The position numbers and the translations under genes are program-made. A stretch of 64,000 nucleotides of DNA. Source: Escherichia coli (GTDB taxonomy: Bacteria; Pseudomonadota; Gammaproteobacteria; Enterobacterales; Enterobacteriaceae). The stretch's first letter is position 1. Every line of letters begins with the position of its first letter. Of the stretch, positions 23,511-34,062 are shown in pieces. The notes below the pieces were generated by a model. It did no database searches. It was not told the DNA's origin and saw nothing but the letters and a program-made list of their open reading frames with translations. The stretch lies in assembly GCF_003019035.1 (NCBI RefSeq), contig NZ_CP027447.1. One strand, given 5' to 3'.

Positions 23511-24788
23511 ATGGCTGTGCTGATTTTTCTGGGCTGTCTGTTGGGTGGTATTGCTATCGGTTTGCCTATTGCCTGGGCACTGTTGTTGTGCGGGGCGGCG
23601 TTAATGTTCTGGCTGGACATGTTTGATGTCCAGATCATGGCACAAACGCTGGTGAACGGAGCCGACAGCTTCTCCCTGCTGGCGATTCCGTTCTTTGTGC
23701 TGGCGGGTGAAATCATGAATGCGGGCGGCTTGTCAAAACGCATTGTTGACCTGCCGATGAAACTGGTGGGGCATAAACCAGGCGGGCTGGGCTACGTCGG
23801 CGTGCTGGCGGCTATGATTATGGCAAGCCTTTCTGGTTCTGCCGTTGCGGATACCGCCGCCGTTGCCGCTCTACTGGTGCCGATGATGCGCAGCGCCAAC
23901 TACCCGGTCAACCGGGCGGCGGGGCTGATTGCCTCTGGCGGCATTATCGCGCCAATTATTCCCCCTTCCATTCCGTTTATTATTTTCGGCGTTTCCAGCG
24001 GATTATCCATCAGTAAGCTGTTTATGGCGGGCATTGCCCCTGGCATGATGATGGGCGCAACGCTGATGCTTACCTGGTGGTGGCAGGCCAGTCGCCTTAA
24101 TTTACCCCGCCAGCAAAAAGCAACGATGCAGGAAATCTGGCACTCTTTTGTCTCCGGTATCTGGGCGCTGTTTCTTCCAGTCATCATTATTGGCGGGTTT
24201 CGCTCCGGTCTGTTTACCCCTACCGAAGCCGGGGCCGTTGCTGCTTTCTATGCGCTGTTTGTCGCCACAGTTATTTACCGTGAAATGACCTTCGCCACAC
24301 TTTGGCATGTACTCATTGGCGCGGCGAAAACCACCTCAGTGGTAATGTTTCTGGTGGCCTCGGCACAAGTTTCTGCCTGGCTGATTACCATTGCTGAATT
24401 GCCGATGATGGTTTCTGATTTACTGCAACCGTTGGTCGATTCACCGCGTCTGCTGTTTATCGTTATTATGGTGGCTATCCTGATTGTCGGCATGGTCATG
24501 GATTTAACGCCGACGGTGTTAATTCTTACTCCGGTATTAATGCCTTTAGTTAAAGAGGCAGGAATCGATCCGATTTATTTCGGTGTCATGTTTATCATTA
24601 ACTGCTCAATCGGCTTAATTACACCGCCTATCGGTAATGTGCTTAACGTTATTTCAGGGGTGGCAAAACTCAAATTCGATGATGCAGTCAGAGGCGTTTT
24701 CCCTTACGTCCTGGTTTTATATTCATTATTAGTCGTATTTGTTTTTATTCCCGATCTCATCATCCTCCCTTTGAAATGGATTAATTAA
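23511..24788 (+). CDS. yiaN: TRAP transporter large permease subunit
   Basis: 425-aa polytopic ORF. Confidence 0.9.
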   Translation: MAVLIFLGCLLGGIAIGLPIAWALLLCGAALMFWLDMFDVQIMAQTLVNGADSFSLLAIPFFVLAGEIMNAGGLSKRIVDLPMKLVGHKPGGLGYVGVLAAMIMASLSGSAVADTAAVAALLVPMMRSANYPVNRAAGLIASGGIIAPIIPPSIPFIIFGVSSGLSISKLFMAGIAPGMMMGATLMLTWWWQASRLNLPRQQKATMQEIWHSFVSGIWALFLPVIIIGGFRSGLFTPTEAGAVAAFYALFVATVIYREMTFATLWHVLIGAAKTTSVVMFLVASAQVSAWLITIAELPMMVSDLLQPLVDSPRLLFIVIMVAILIVGMVMDLTPTVLILTPVLMPLVKEAGIDPIYFGVMFIINCSIGLITPPIGNVLNVISGVAKLKFDDAVRGVFPYVLVLYSLLVVFVFIPDLIILPLKWIN

Positions 24789-24800
24789 AAGGAAAATATT

Positions 24801-25787
24801 ATGAAATTACGCTCTGTAATCTACGCATTATTCATTGCTGGCCTGGCTGCATTTAGTACATCTTCAATGGCGGCGCAATCTTTACGTTTCGGTTATGAAA
24901 CCTCACAAACCGACTCGCAACATATTGCGGCGAAAAAATTCAATGATTTATTGCAGGAGAGAACCAAAGGCGAGCTGAAATTAAAACTGTTCCCGGACAG
25001 CACTCTCGGTAACGCGCAGGCGATGATCAGCGGCGTACGTGGCGGCACCATCGATATGGAAATGTCCGGCTCGAATAACTTTGCCGGGTTATCACCAGTG
25101 ATGAACTTGCTTGATGTCCCTTTCCTGTTCCGCGATACCGCTCACGCGCATAAAACGCTCGACGGCAAAGTCGGTGATGATCTGAAAGCCTCACTTGAAG
25201 GTAAAGGACTGAAAGTACTGGCCTACTGGGAAAACGGCTGGCGCGATGTCACCAACTCGCGCGCACCGGTTAAAACCCCCGCCGACCTGAAAGGGCTGAA
25301 AATCCGCACCAACAATAGTCCGATGAATATCGCAGCATTCAAAGTCTTTGGCGCTAACCCGATCCCGATGCCGTTTGCCGAAGTCTATACCGGGCTGGAA
25401 ACGCGCACTATCGACGCTCAGGAACACCCGATCAACGTCGTCTGGTCAGCAAAATTTTATGAAGTACAGAAGTACCTTTCTCTGACGCACCACGCCTATT
25501 CGCCACTTCTGGTGGTGATCAACAAAGCGAAGTTTGACGGCTTAACCCCGGAGTTCCAGCAAGCGCTAATTTCATCTGCGCAGGAAGCGGGTAACTACCA
25601 GCGCAAACTGGTTGCTGAAGATCAGCAAAAAATCATCGATGGCATGAAAGAAGCGGGCGTGGAAGTCATCACCGATCTCGACCGCAAAGCCTTTAGCGAC
25701 GCGCTGGGTAATCAGGTTCGCAACATGTTTGTTAAAGATGTTCCGCAGGGTGCTGATCTGCTGAAGGCCGTGGATGAGGTGCAATAA
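24801..25787 (+). CDS. yiaO: TRAP transporter periplasmic solute-binding protein
   Basis: 328-aa ORF with signal peptide. Confidence 0.9.
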   Translation: MKLRSVIYALFIAGLAAFSTSSMAAQSLRFGYETSQTDSQHIAAKKFNDLLQERTKGELKLKLFPDSTLGNAQAMISGVRGGTIDMEMSGSNNFAGLSPVMNLLDVPFLFRDTAHAHKTLDGKVGDDLKASLEGKGLKVLAYWENGWRDVTNSRAPVKTPADLKGLKIRTNNSPMNIAAFKVFGANPIPMPFAEVYTGLETRTIDAQEHPINVVWSAKFYEVQKYLSLTHHAYSPLLVVINKAKFDGLTPEFQQALISSAQEAGNYQRKLVAEDQQKIIDGMKEAGVEVITDLDRKAFSDALGNQVRNMFVKDVPQGADLLKAVDEVQ

Positions 25788-25790
25788 ACC

Positions 25791-27287
25791 ATGACGCAAT
25801 ACTGGCTGGGGTTAGATTGTGGCGGTAGCTGGCTGAAAGCCGGGCTGTATGACCGCGAAGGCCGGGAGGCAGGTGTGCAGCGCCTGCCGCTGTGCGCATT
25901 AAGCCCGCAGCCAGGCTGGGCAGAGCGCGATATGGCAGAACTGTGGCAATGCTGCATGGCTGTCATTCGCGCCCTGCTTACCCATTCCGGCGTTAGCGGG
26001 GAACAAATAGTGGGTATCGGTATCTCCGCACAGGGAAAGGGCTTGTTTTTGCTGGATAAAAACGACAAGCCGCTCGGGAATGCTATTTTGTCCTCGGACC
26101 GCCGGGCGATGGAAATCGTTCGTCGCTGGCAGGAAGATGGCATCCCGGAAAAACTCTACCCGCTGACCCGACAAACCTTGTGGACCGGGCATCCGGTGTC
26201 GCTGTTACGCTGGCTGAAAGAGCACGAACCGGAACGCTACGCGCAAATTGGCTGCGTGATGATGACGCACGACTACCTGCGCTGGTGTTTAACCGGCGTC
26301 AAAGGCTGCGAAGAGAGCAATATTTCCGAGTCCAATCTCTACAACATGAGTCTTGGGGAATATGACCCGTGCCTCACCGACTGGCTGGGGATCGCTGAAA
26401 TCAACCACGCCCTGCCGCCTGTTGTCGGATCTGCCGAAATTTGCGGGGAAATCACCGCTCAGACAGCCGCACTGACCGGTCTGAAAGCGGGCACGCCCGT
26501 TGTCGGCGGCCTGTTTGATGTGGTTTCCACAGCACTCTGCGCCGGGATCGAAGACGAATTTACCCTTAATGCGGTGATGGGCACCTGGGCGGTGACCAGC
26601 GGCATAACCCGTGGTTTACGTGACGGTGAAGCGCATCCATATGTCTATGGTCGCTACGTTAACGATGGTCAATTTATCGTTCACGAAGCCAGCCCCACCT
26701 CTTCCGGCAACCTCGAATGGTTTACCGCACAGTGGGGAGAAATCTCGTTTGATGAGATTAACCAGGCCGTTGCCAGCTTGCCGAAGGCCGGGGGCGATCT
26801 CTTTTTCCTGCCGTTCCTGTACGGCAGCAACGCCGGATTGGAGATGACCAGCGGTTTCTACGGGATGCAGGCCATTCATACCCGCGCACACCTGTTGCAG
26901 GCCATTTATGAAGGCGTGGTGTTCAGCCATATGACCCATCTCAACCGGATGCGCGAACGTTTTACTGATGTGCACACCCTGCGCGTCACTGGCGGCCCGG
27001 CGCATTCCGATGTCTGGATGCAAATGCTGGCGGACGTCAGCGGTCTGCGTATCGAGCTGCCGCAGGTGGAAGAAACCGGCTGCTTTGGTGCGGCACTTGC
27101 CACCCGCGTCGGCACCGGAGTTTATCGCGATTTCAGCGAAGCCCAACGTGATTTACAGCACCCGGTACGCACCCTGCTGCCGGATATGACCGCCCATCAG
27201 CTTTACCAACAAAAATACCAACGCTATCAGCATCTCATTGCCGCACTTCAGGGCTTTCACGCCCGCATCAAGGAGCACACATTATGA
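25791..27287 (+). CDS. lyxK: L-xylulose / 3-keto-L-gulonate kinase
   Basis: 498-aa FGGY-family kinase ORF. Confidence 0.9.
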   Translation: MTQYWLGLDCGGSWLKAGLYDREGREAGVQRLPLCALSPQPGWAERDMAELWQCCMAVIRALLTHSGVSGEQIVGIGISAQGKGLFLLDKNDKPLGNAILSSDRRAMEIVRRWQEDGIPEKLYPLTRQTLWTGHPVSLLRWLKEHEPERYAQIGCVMMTHDYLRWCLTGVKGCEESNISESNLYNMSLGEYDPCLTDWLGIAEINHALPPVVGSAEICGEITAQTAALTGLKAGTPVVGGLFDVVSTALCAGIEDEFTLNAVMGTWAVTSGITRGLRDGEAHPYVYGRYVNDGQFIVHEASPTSSGNLEWFTAQWGEISFDEINQAVASLPKAGGDLFFLPFLYGSNAGLEMTSGFYGMQAIHTRAHLLQAIYEGVVFSHMTHLNRMRERFTDVHTLRVTGGPAHSDVWMQMLADVSGLRIELPQVEETGCFGAALATRVGTGVYRDFSEAQRDLQHPVRTLLPDMTAHQLYQQKYQRYQHLIAALQGFHARIKEHTL

Positions 27288-27946
27288 GCCGACCACTTCT
27301 GCAACTGGCCCTCGACCACTCATCACTTGAAGACGCACAGCGCGACGTGATGCTGTTAAAAGACAGCGTCGATATCGTCGAAGCGGGCACCATTCTCTGT
27401 TTAAACGAAGGGCTTGGCGCGGTGAAAGCCTTGCGCGAACAGTGCCCGGATAAAATCATCGTTGCTGACTGGAAGGTCGCCGACGCGGGTGAAACGCTCG
27501 CGCACCAGGCGTTTGGCGCAGGTGCTAACTGGATGACCATCATCTGCGCCGCACCGCTCGCGACGGTAGAAAAAGGTCACGCAATGGCGCAACGCTGCGG
27601 TGGTGAAATTCAGATAGAGCTGTTCGGTAACTGGACGCTGGACGACGCCCGCGACTGGCATCGTATTGGCGTGCGGCAGGCCATTTATCATCGTGGTCGT
27701 GATGCACAGGCCAGCGGGCAACAGTGGGGCGAAGCCGATCTGGCACGCATGAAGGCACTTTCCGATATCGGCCTTGAGCTTTCCATTACCGGCGGGATTA
27801 CCCCTGCTGACCTGCCGCTGTTTAAAGATATCCGTGTGAAAGCGTTGATTGCCGGGCGGGCGCTGGCAGGCGCGGCAAATCCGGTGCAGGTGGCTGGCGA
27901 TTTCCATGCACAAATTGATGCCATCTGGGGAGGTGCGCGTGCGTAA
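27284..27946 (+). CDS. sgbH: 3-keto-L-gulonate-6-phosphate decarboxylase
   Basis: 220-aa [21 protein letters not shown]...; ATGA overlap with lyxK. Confidence 0.9.
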   Translation: MSRPLLQLALDHSSLEDAQRDVMLLKDSVDIVEAGTILCLNEGLGAVKALREQCPDKIIVADWKVADAGETLAHQAFGAGANWMTIICAAPLATVEKGHAMAQRCGGEIQIELFGNWTLDDARDWHRIGVRQAIYHRGRDAQASGQQWGEADLARMKALSDIGLELSITGGITPADLPLFKDIRVKALIAGRALAGAANPVQVAGDFHAQIDAIWGGARA

Positions 27947-28799
27947 TCATCCGTTAGGGATTTATGAAAAAGCGCTGGCGAAAGATCTCTCCTGGCCGGA
28001 GCGGCTGGTGCTGGCAAAAAGCTGTGGCTTTGATTTTGTCGAAATGTCGGTGGATGAAACCGACGAACGGCTCTCACGTCTTGACTGGAGCGCCGCACAA
28101 CGTGCTTCGCTGGTCACTGCGATGATCGAAACGGGTGTTGGGATCCCGTCGATGTGCCTGTCCGCACATCGTCGCTTTCCTTTTGGTAGCCGTGACGAGG
28201 CAGTGCGCGAACGGGCGCGGGAAATCATGAGTAAAGCGATTCGCCTGGCGCGCGATCTCGGCATTCGCACCATTCAACTGGCGGGTTATGACGTCTATTA
28301 CGAAGATCACGACGAAGGCACCCAGCAACGTTTTGCTGAAGGGCTGGCGTGGGCGGTCGAACAGGCGGCGGCATCACAAGTCATGCTGGCGGTGGAGATT
28401 ATGGACACCGCGTTTATGAACTCCATCAGCAAATGGAAAAAGTGGGACGAGATGCTCGCCTCGCCGTGGTTCACCGTCTACCCGGACGTCGGCAACCTCA
28501 GCGCCTGGGGCAATGATGTTCTCGCCGAACTGAAACTGGGCATTGACCGTATCGCCGCGATCCACCTGAAAGATACTCAACCAGTCACCGAGCAAAGCCC
28601 CGGACAGTTCCGTGATGTGCCGTTTGGCGAAGGCTGCGTCGATTTCGTTGGCATCTTCAAAACGCTGCATGAACTGAACTATCGCGGATCATTTCTGATT
28701 GAGATGTGGACCGAAAAAGCCAAAGAGCCGGTGCTGGAGATTATTCAGGCGCGGCGCTGGATTGAAGCGCGTATGCAGGAGGCAGGTTTTATATGTTAG
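27939..28799 (+). CDS. sgbU: L-xylulose-5-phosphate 3-epimerase; GTG start
   Basis: ORF 27849-28799; known protein ([13 protein letters not shown]...) begins at the GTG at 27939, overlapping the sgbH stop. Confidence 0.88.
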   Translation: MRNHPLGIYEKALAKDLSWPERLVLAKSCGFDFVEMSVDETDERLSRLDWSAAQRASLVTAMIETGVGIPSMCLSAHRRFPFGSRDEAVRERAREIMSKAIRLARDLGIRTIQLAGYDVYYEDHDEGTQQRFAEGLAWAVEQAAASQVMLAVEIMDTAFMNSISKWKKWDEMLASPWFTVYPDVGNLSAWGNDVLAELKLGIDRIAAIHLKDTQPVTEQSPGQFRDVPFGEGCVDFVGIFKTLHELNYRGSFLIEMWTEKAKEPVLEIIQARRWIEARMQEAGFIC

Positions 28800-29488
28800 A
28801 GCAACTGAAAAACGACGTGCTGGCGGCGAATCTGGCGCTTCCCGCTCACCATCTGGTGACGTTCACCTGGGGCAATGTCAGCGCGGTAGACGACACGCGG
28901 CAATGGATGGTAATCAAACCTTCCGGCGTCGAGTACAACGTGATGACCGCCGACGATATGGTAGTGGTTGAGATAGCCACCGGTAAGGTGGTGGAAGGCA
29001 GAAAAAAACCCTCGTCCGACACGCCAACGCATCTGGCGCTTTACCGTCGCTATGCCGAAATTGGCGGTATTGTGCATACCCACTCGCGCCACGCCACCAT
29101 CTGGTCGCAGGCCGGGCTGGATCTCCCCGCCTGGGGCACCACGCACGCTGATTACTTCTATGGTGCCATCCCCTGCACGCGACAGATGACCGCAGAGGAG
29201 ATCAACGGCGAGTATGAATACCAGACCGGCGAAGTGATCATTAAAACCTTCGAAGAACGTGGGTTGAACCCGGCACAAATCCCGGCTGTACTGGTGCATT
29301 CTCACGGCCCGTTCGCCTGGGGAAAAAACGCCGCCGATGCGGTGCATAACGCCGTGGTGCTGGAAGAGTGCGCCTATATGGGCCTGTTCTCGCGCCAGCT
29401 TGCACCGCAGCTCCCTGCGATGCAAAACGAACTGCTGGATAAGCACTACCTGCGTAAACATGGGGCCAATGCCTATTACGGGCAGTAA
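28793..29488 (+). CDS. sgbE: L-ribulose-5-phosphate 4-epimerase
   Basis: 231-aa class II aldolase/epimerase ORF. Confidence 0.9.
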   Translation: MLEQLKNDVLAANLALPAHHLVTFTWGNVSAVDDTRQWMVIKPSGVEYNVMTADDMVVVEIATGKVVEGRKKPSSDTPTHLALYRRYAEIGGIVHTHSRHATIWSQAGLDLPAWGTTHADYFYGAIPCTRQMTAEEINGEYEYQTGEVIIKTFEERGLNPAQIPAVLVHSHGPFAWGKNAADAVHNAVVLEECAYMGLFSRQLAPQLPAMQNELLDKHYLRKHGANAYYGQ

Positions 29489-29519
29489 TCCCTCACGCCG
29501 GGGCTTCATTGCCCCGGCA

Positions 29520-30335
29520 CTACGAATTGATATGTTCCTTGCTGTAACGTCGCTTCCACGCAGCTGGCGTTAAGCCGGTGTGTTTGCGAAAAATCTGCCG
29601 GAAATAGCCGACGTCATTAAACCCGCACAACGCCGCCACTTCCGTGAGCGATCGCGCTTCGCTAATTAACAGCTTTTCGGCTTCGCGCACCCGCTGGCGG
29701 TGGATTGCTTCTGTTAACGTCAGATGAAACACCCGCCGATAGACGCGCCCAAGATAATCGGCATTGCAGTACAGCTCGCGGGCTAAAAGCGCCGTGGAAA
29801 GCGGGCGGTGATATTGCGTGCGAATCAGTTTCTGCGCTTTCCAGGCAAGGGTGGTGCCTGCACCATCGGCCTGTTCATCAAGACGCGCGTCACGGGTGAG
29901 CTGCTGCAAAATCAGCAGCACAATAAACTCCAGCGCCGGAGTGCGTTGATGCTTTTCCTGTTCGCTTAAGAACTGGCGAAACAAGGCCACCAGCACCTGC
30001 GGATCGGCAACCTTAGTTTGTTGCGGCACGCTAAGATGAGTGAGCCAGCGCGGGTCGCTATCCGGCGCTTTAACCTCAAAATGCAGCCAGTAAAATTTGA
30101 GATCGGCGGGAAAATCCTCTACCCCAACATGCTGTCGGTTCGGCCAGAGTAATAAACTCTCTCCCGCATCGACCAGAAATATCCGCTCTTCTTCCTGAAT
30201 CGCTAATCGACCTTTTTCGACAAAGATAATTTCCCATGACTCCAGCCGCCTTGCCGGATGCCTCCCAACGCCACGGGAAATAAATAATCCACCATTTTGC
30301 ACTTTAATCGGTAACGTCATGGATAATTCGAGCAT
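29520..30335 (-). CDS. AraC-family transcriptional regulator (cupin sensor + C-terminal AraC HTH)
   Basis: 271-aa ORF with C-terminal AraC-type HTH (...LTEVAALCGFNDVGYFRQIFRKHTGLTPAAWKRR); divergent from the transporter gene. Confidence 0.8.
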   Translation of the reverse strand: MLELSMTLPIKVQNGGLFISRGVGRHPARRLESWEIIFVEKGRLAIQEEERIFLVDAGESLLLWPNRQHVGVEDFPADLKFYWLHFEVKAPDSDPRWLTHLSVPQQTKVADPQVLVALFRQFLSEQEKHQRTPALEFIVLLILQQLTRDARLDEQADGAGTTLAWKAQKLIRTQYHRPLSTALLARELYCNADYLGRVYRRVFHLTLTEAIHRQRVREAEKLLISEARSLTEVAALCGFNDVGYFRQIFRKHTGLTPAAWKRRYSKEHINS

Positions 30336-30383
30336 TGATATGTAATTTCCCGCTTATTCATTAATGATTAAACACATTACCTT

Positions 30384-30398
30384 TTGATTATTAATCAA
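30384..30398. promoter_or_regulatory. Perfect palindrome TTGATTATTAATCAA in the AraC / transporter divergent intergenic region (candidate operator)
   Basis: 15-bp perfect inverted repeat flanked by further ATTAAT direct repeats. Confidence 0.35.
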
Positions 30399-30560
30399 AA
30401 ACATTAATTTCACCTGATCCATTTCACACTTTTAAATTCAGGTCGGAATCGTCACCTTTTTTTACTCTTTTCTCGCCTTGTTGATATTCCCGTTCACGGC
30501 AGAATTAATCAGGTCATTGCAATAAAACTAAAAATTGCTCCCTATTCACGAGGAATATCT

Positions 30561-31961
30561 ATGACCTCTACACCGATTACTGCCGCTGATATCGCTAAAG
30601 GTAAAATTGACGATGCGTTATCTGTACGGGAAAAAATAAGCTACGGCCTGGGTGACGCAGGCGGCACCGTAATAACTTGCCTGATCATGAACTTTCTCAC
30701 CTTTTTCTACACCGACGTTTTTGGCTTAACTCCGGCGCTGGTCGGCACGCTGTTTATTGCACTGCGCGTGTTTGATGCCATCTCCGACCCGGTGATGGGC
30801 GTCATTGCCGACCGGACGCAAAGTCGCTGGGGGCGCTTTCGTCCGTGGCAGTTGTGGATTGCCATTCCCATCGGCATTATCGGCATCCTGACGTTCACCG
30901 TGCCAGATGCCAGCATGGGAGTAAAAATCGCCTGGGCGTTCGGTACTTACCTGCTCCTTTCAGTCGGTTATACCGCCATCAACGTACCGTACTGCGCGCT
31001 GATCAACACCATGACCACCCGCCACAATGAAGTGATCTCCTGCCAGTCCTGGCGATTCGTTCTCTGCGGCGTAGCGGGATTTCTGGTTTCGGTTGGCCTG
31101 CCGTGGATGGTGGATCTCTTCGGTCAGGGTAATGCCGCGCGCGGCTATCAACTGGGCGTCGGCGTGCTGTGCGCCATCGCTGTGGTGATGTTCCTGTGCT
31201 GTTTCTTCTGGGTTCGTGAACGGGTGCCACTCTCCACAATGGGGAAATTTACCCTGCGCGAACATCTTGCCGGGCTGCGGAACAACGACCAACTGCTGCT
31301 GATGCTGGTCATGTCTTTCCTGCTGATTAACGTCTTTAATATTCGCGGCGGTGGGTATATGTACTTCATTACCTACGTCTTACAAGGCAGTACGGGCTAC
31401 ACGTCGCTGTTCTTCACTATGGTCACCTTCGCCTCCATTATCGGCTCGGTGATTGTCAGCCCGTTAACGCGGCGTTTCGATACCGTCAAAATTTACTACT
31501 ACACCAACCTGCTCCTCGCCGCGCTGGCGGTGTTGATGTGGTTCCTGCCTTCTGGCCCGGCTTATCAAACGCTGTGGCTGGCGGTGATCCTCGGTAATGG
31601 CGTGATTCTTGGCTTCACATTGCCATTGCACTTCTCATTGATGGCCTTTGCCGATGACTACGGCGAGTGGAAAACCCGCGTACGTTCTTCCGGCATGAAC
31701 TTCGCCTTCAATCTGTTTTTCATCAAACTGGCCTGGGCCTCCAGCGCCGGGATCATCAGCCTGCTGTTTATTTTTGTCGCCTACCAGCCAGGCGTGGAAA
31801 ACCAGACCGCCAGTTCGCTTGGCGGGATCACAGCAATGGAAACATTGCTGCCTGCGCTGTTCCACCTGCTGCTGGCGATGGCGATCCGCTTTTGCAAACT
31901 CAATAACCCTATGATGTCACGCATTGCTAGCGACCTGCGTCAGCGTCATGTACAGCCTTAA
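30561..31961 (+). CDS. GPH-family (glycoside-pentoside-hexuronide) sugar:cation symporter, MFS superfamily
   Basis: 466-aa polytopic ORF with the GPH signature [25 protein letters not shown]. Confidence 0.8.
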   Translation: MTSTPITAADIAKGKIDDALSVREKISYGLGDAGGTVITCLIMNFLTFFYTDVFGLTPALVGTLFIALRVFDAISDPVMGVIADRTQSRWGRFRPWQLWIAIPIGIIGILTFTVPDASMGVKIAWAFGTYLLLSVGYTAINVPYCALINTMTTRHNEVISCQSWRFVLCGVAGFLVSVGLPWMVDLFGQGNAARGYQLGVGVLCAIAVVMFLCCFFWVRERVPLSTMGKFTLREHLAGLRNNDQLLLMLVMSFLLINVFNIRGGGYMYFITYVLQGSTGYTSLFFTMVTFASIIGSVIVSPLTRRFDTVKIYYYTNLLLAALAVLMWFLPSGPAYQTLWLAVILGNGVILGFTLPLHFSLMAFADDYGEWKTRVRSSGMNFAFNLFFIKLAWASSAGIISLLFIFVAYQPGVENQTASSLGGITAMETLLPALFHLLLAMAIRFCKLNNPMMSRIASDLRQRHVQP

Positions 31962-31971
31962 GGAGCACAAG

Positions 31972-33951
31972 ATGAACATTTCGGAAGTCGATCTGCATAA
32001 ACTGACGGTCAGCGATCCGTTCCTCGGTCAGTACCAACAACTGGTCCGCGACGTGGTGATTCCTTATCAGTGGGATGCCTTGAACGATCGTATCCCAGAA
32101 GCGGAACCCAGCCATGCGATTGAAAACTTTCGCATTGCCGCCGGACTTCAGGAGGGTGAATTTTACGGGATGGTGTTTCAGGACAGCGACGTCGCCAAAT
32201 GGCTGGAAGCGGTAGCCTGGTCGCTGTGCCAGAAGCCGGACGCCGAACTGGAAAAAACCGCCGACGAGGTGATTGAACTGATCGCTTCCGCCCAGTGCGA
32301 AGATGGCTATCTCAATACTTACTTTACGGTAAAAGCGCCCGAAGAACGCTGGAGCAATCTGGCGGAGTGCCATGAACTTTACTGCGCCGGTCATCTGATT
32401 GAAGCCGGAGTCGCCTTCTTCCAGGCCACGGGCAAGCGGCGCTTGCTGGAAGTGGTTTGCCGTCTGACCGATCATATCGACAGCGTATTTGGTCCAGGTG
32501 AAAGTAAGTTACACGGTTATCCTGGTCACCCGGAAATTGAACTGGCACTAATGCGCCTGTATGAAGTGACCGAAGAGCCGCGCTACCTGGCGCTGACGAA
32601 CTATTTTGTCGAACAGCGTGGTGCGCAACCGCACTATTACGACCAGGAATATGAAAAGCGCGGGCAGACCTCGCACTGGCACACCTACGGCCCGGCGTGG
32701 ATGGTGAAAGACAAAGCCTACAGCCAGGCACATTTGCCCATCGCACAGCAGCAAACCGCCATTGGTCACGCGGTACGTTTTGTCTACCTGATGACCGGCG
32801 TCGCGCATCTCGCCCGTTTAAGTCACGATGAAAGCAAGCGTCAGGATTGCTTGCGGCTGTGGAACAATATGGCCCAGCGTCAGTTATATATTACCGGCGG
32901 CATTGGCTCACAAAGCAGCGGCGAAGCGTTCAGCAGCGATTACGATCTGCCGAATGACACGGTTTACGCCGAAAGTTGTGCTTCCATCGGCCTGATGATG
33001 TTCGCCCGACGAATGCTGGAAATGGAAGGCGACAGTCAATATGCCGATGTGATGGAGCGCGCGCTGTACAACACTGTGCTCGGCGGCATGGCACTGGATG
33101 GCAAACATTTCTTCTATGTGAATCCGCTGGAAGTACATCCAAAATCGCTGAAATTCAACCATATCTACGATCACGTTAAGCCGATCCGCCAGCGTTGGTT
33201 TGGCTGCGCTTGTTGTCCGCCAAATATCGCCCGCGTACTGACCTCGATTGGTCATTATCTCTACACGCCGCGTGAAGATGCGTTGTATATCAACATATAC
33301 GCAGGAAACAGCATGGAAGTGCCGGTAGAAAATGGCACGTTGCGCCTGCGGGTTAGCGGGAACTATCCGTGGCAGGAACAGGTGACAATTGCGGTTGAAT
33401 CGCCCCAGCCGGTGCGTCATACGCTGGCTTTACGTCTGCCGGACTGGTGCACACAGCCGCAGATCATATTGAATGGGGAAGAGGTCGAGCAGGATATTCG
33501 TAAAGGGTATTTGCACATTACCCGCGAATGGCAGGAGGGCGACACGCTGAATCTAACTTTGCCAATGCCAGTACGTCGCGTTTACGGTAACCCGCTGGTG
33601 CGTCACGTCGCCGGAAAAGTGGCGATTCAGCGCGGCCCGCTGGTGTATTGCCTGGAACAGGCCGACAACGGCGAGTCACTGCATAACCTGTGGCTGCCCG
33701 CCGATGCGCCATTTACGACATTTGAAGGCAAGGGATTGTTCCGCCATAAGATCTTAATCCAGGCACCGGGTTACCGGTATGAACAGAGCAATCCAGAGCA
33801 GCAACCGCTGTGGCATTACGACAGTGCGCCAGCCAAACGCCAGCCGCAAACTCTGACGTTTATTCCGTGGTTTAGCTGGGCTAACCAGGGTGAAGGCGAA
33901 ATGCGGATCTGGGTGAATGAGGAAAAGCATTGCCATCCGGAGGTTGGATAA
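31972..33951 (+). CDS. Glycoside hydrolase family 127 (DUF1680; beta-L-arabinofuranosidase HypBA1-like); start at the ATG preceded by AGGAG
   Basis: 659-aa protein; E-S-C and C-A-C-C-P-P-N motifs about 77 residues apart match the GH127 Glu/Cys3 zinc-cysteine catalytic centre. Confidence 0.75.
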   Translation: MNISEVDLHKLTVSDPFLGQYQQLVRDVVIPYQWDALNDRIPEAEPSHAIENFRIAAGLQEGEFYGMVFQDSDVAKWLEAVAWSLCQKPDAELEKTADEVIELIASAQCEDGYLNTYFTVKAPEERWSNLAECHELYCAGHLIEAGVAFFQATGKRRLLEVVCRLTDHIDSVFGPGESKLHGYPGHPEIELALMRLYEVTEEPRYLALTNYFVEQRGAQPHYYDQEYEKRGQTSHWHTYGPAWMVKDKAYSQAHLPIAQQQTAIGHAVRFVYLMTGVAHLARLSHDESKRQDCLRLWNNMAQRQLYITGGIGSQSSGEAFSSDYDLPNDTVYAESCASIGLMMFARRMLEMEGDSQYADVMERALYNTVLGGMALDGKHFFYVNPLEVHPKSLKFNHIYDHVKPIRQRWFGCACCPPNIARVLTSIGHYLYTPREDALYINIYAGNSMEVPVENGTLRLRVSGNYPWQEQVTIAVESPQPVRHTLALRLPDWCTQPQIILNGEEVEQDIRKGYLHITREWQEGDTLNLTLPMPVRRVYGNPLVRHVAGKVAIQRGPLVYCLEQADNGESLHNLWLPADAPFTTFEGKGLFRHKILIQAPGYRYEQSNPEQQPLWHYDSAPAKRQPQTLTFIPWFSWANQGEGEMRIWVNEEKHCHPEVG

Positions 33952-34020
33952 GGCGCTCGCGCCGCATCCAACGTAGGGAGCACATTGCCTGATGCGACGC
34001 TTAACGCGTCTTATCAGGCC
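33936..34020. repeat. BIME-like pair of REP palindromic units overlapping the 3' end of the GH127 gene
   Basis: GCCTGATGCGACGCTTAACGCGTCTTATCAGGCC (33987-34020) is a canonical REP; an imperfect inverted copy lies at 33940-33975. Confidence 0.6.
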
Positions 34021-34062
34021 CACGAGTCGGTGCAGTTGCCCGCTAACCATCGAAACGCGAGA

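Noticed and set aside
28796-29509. 237-aa minus-strand ORF
   Set aside because: Completely antisense to sgbE
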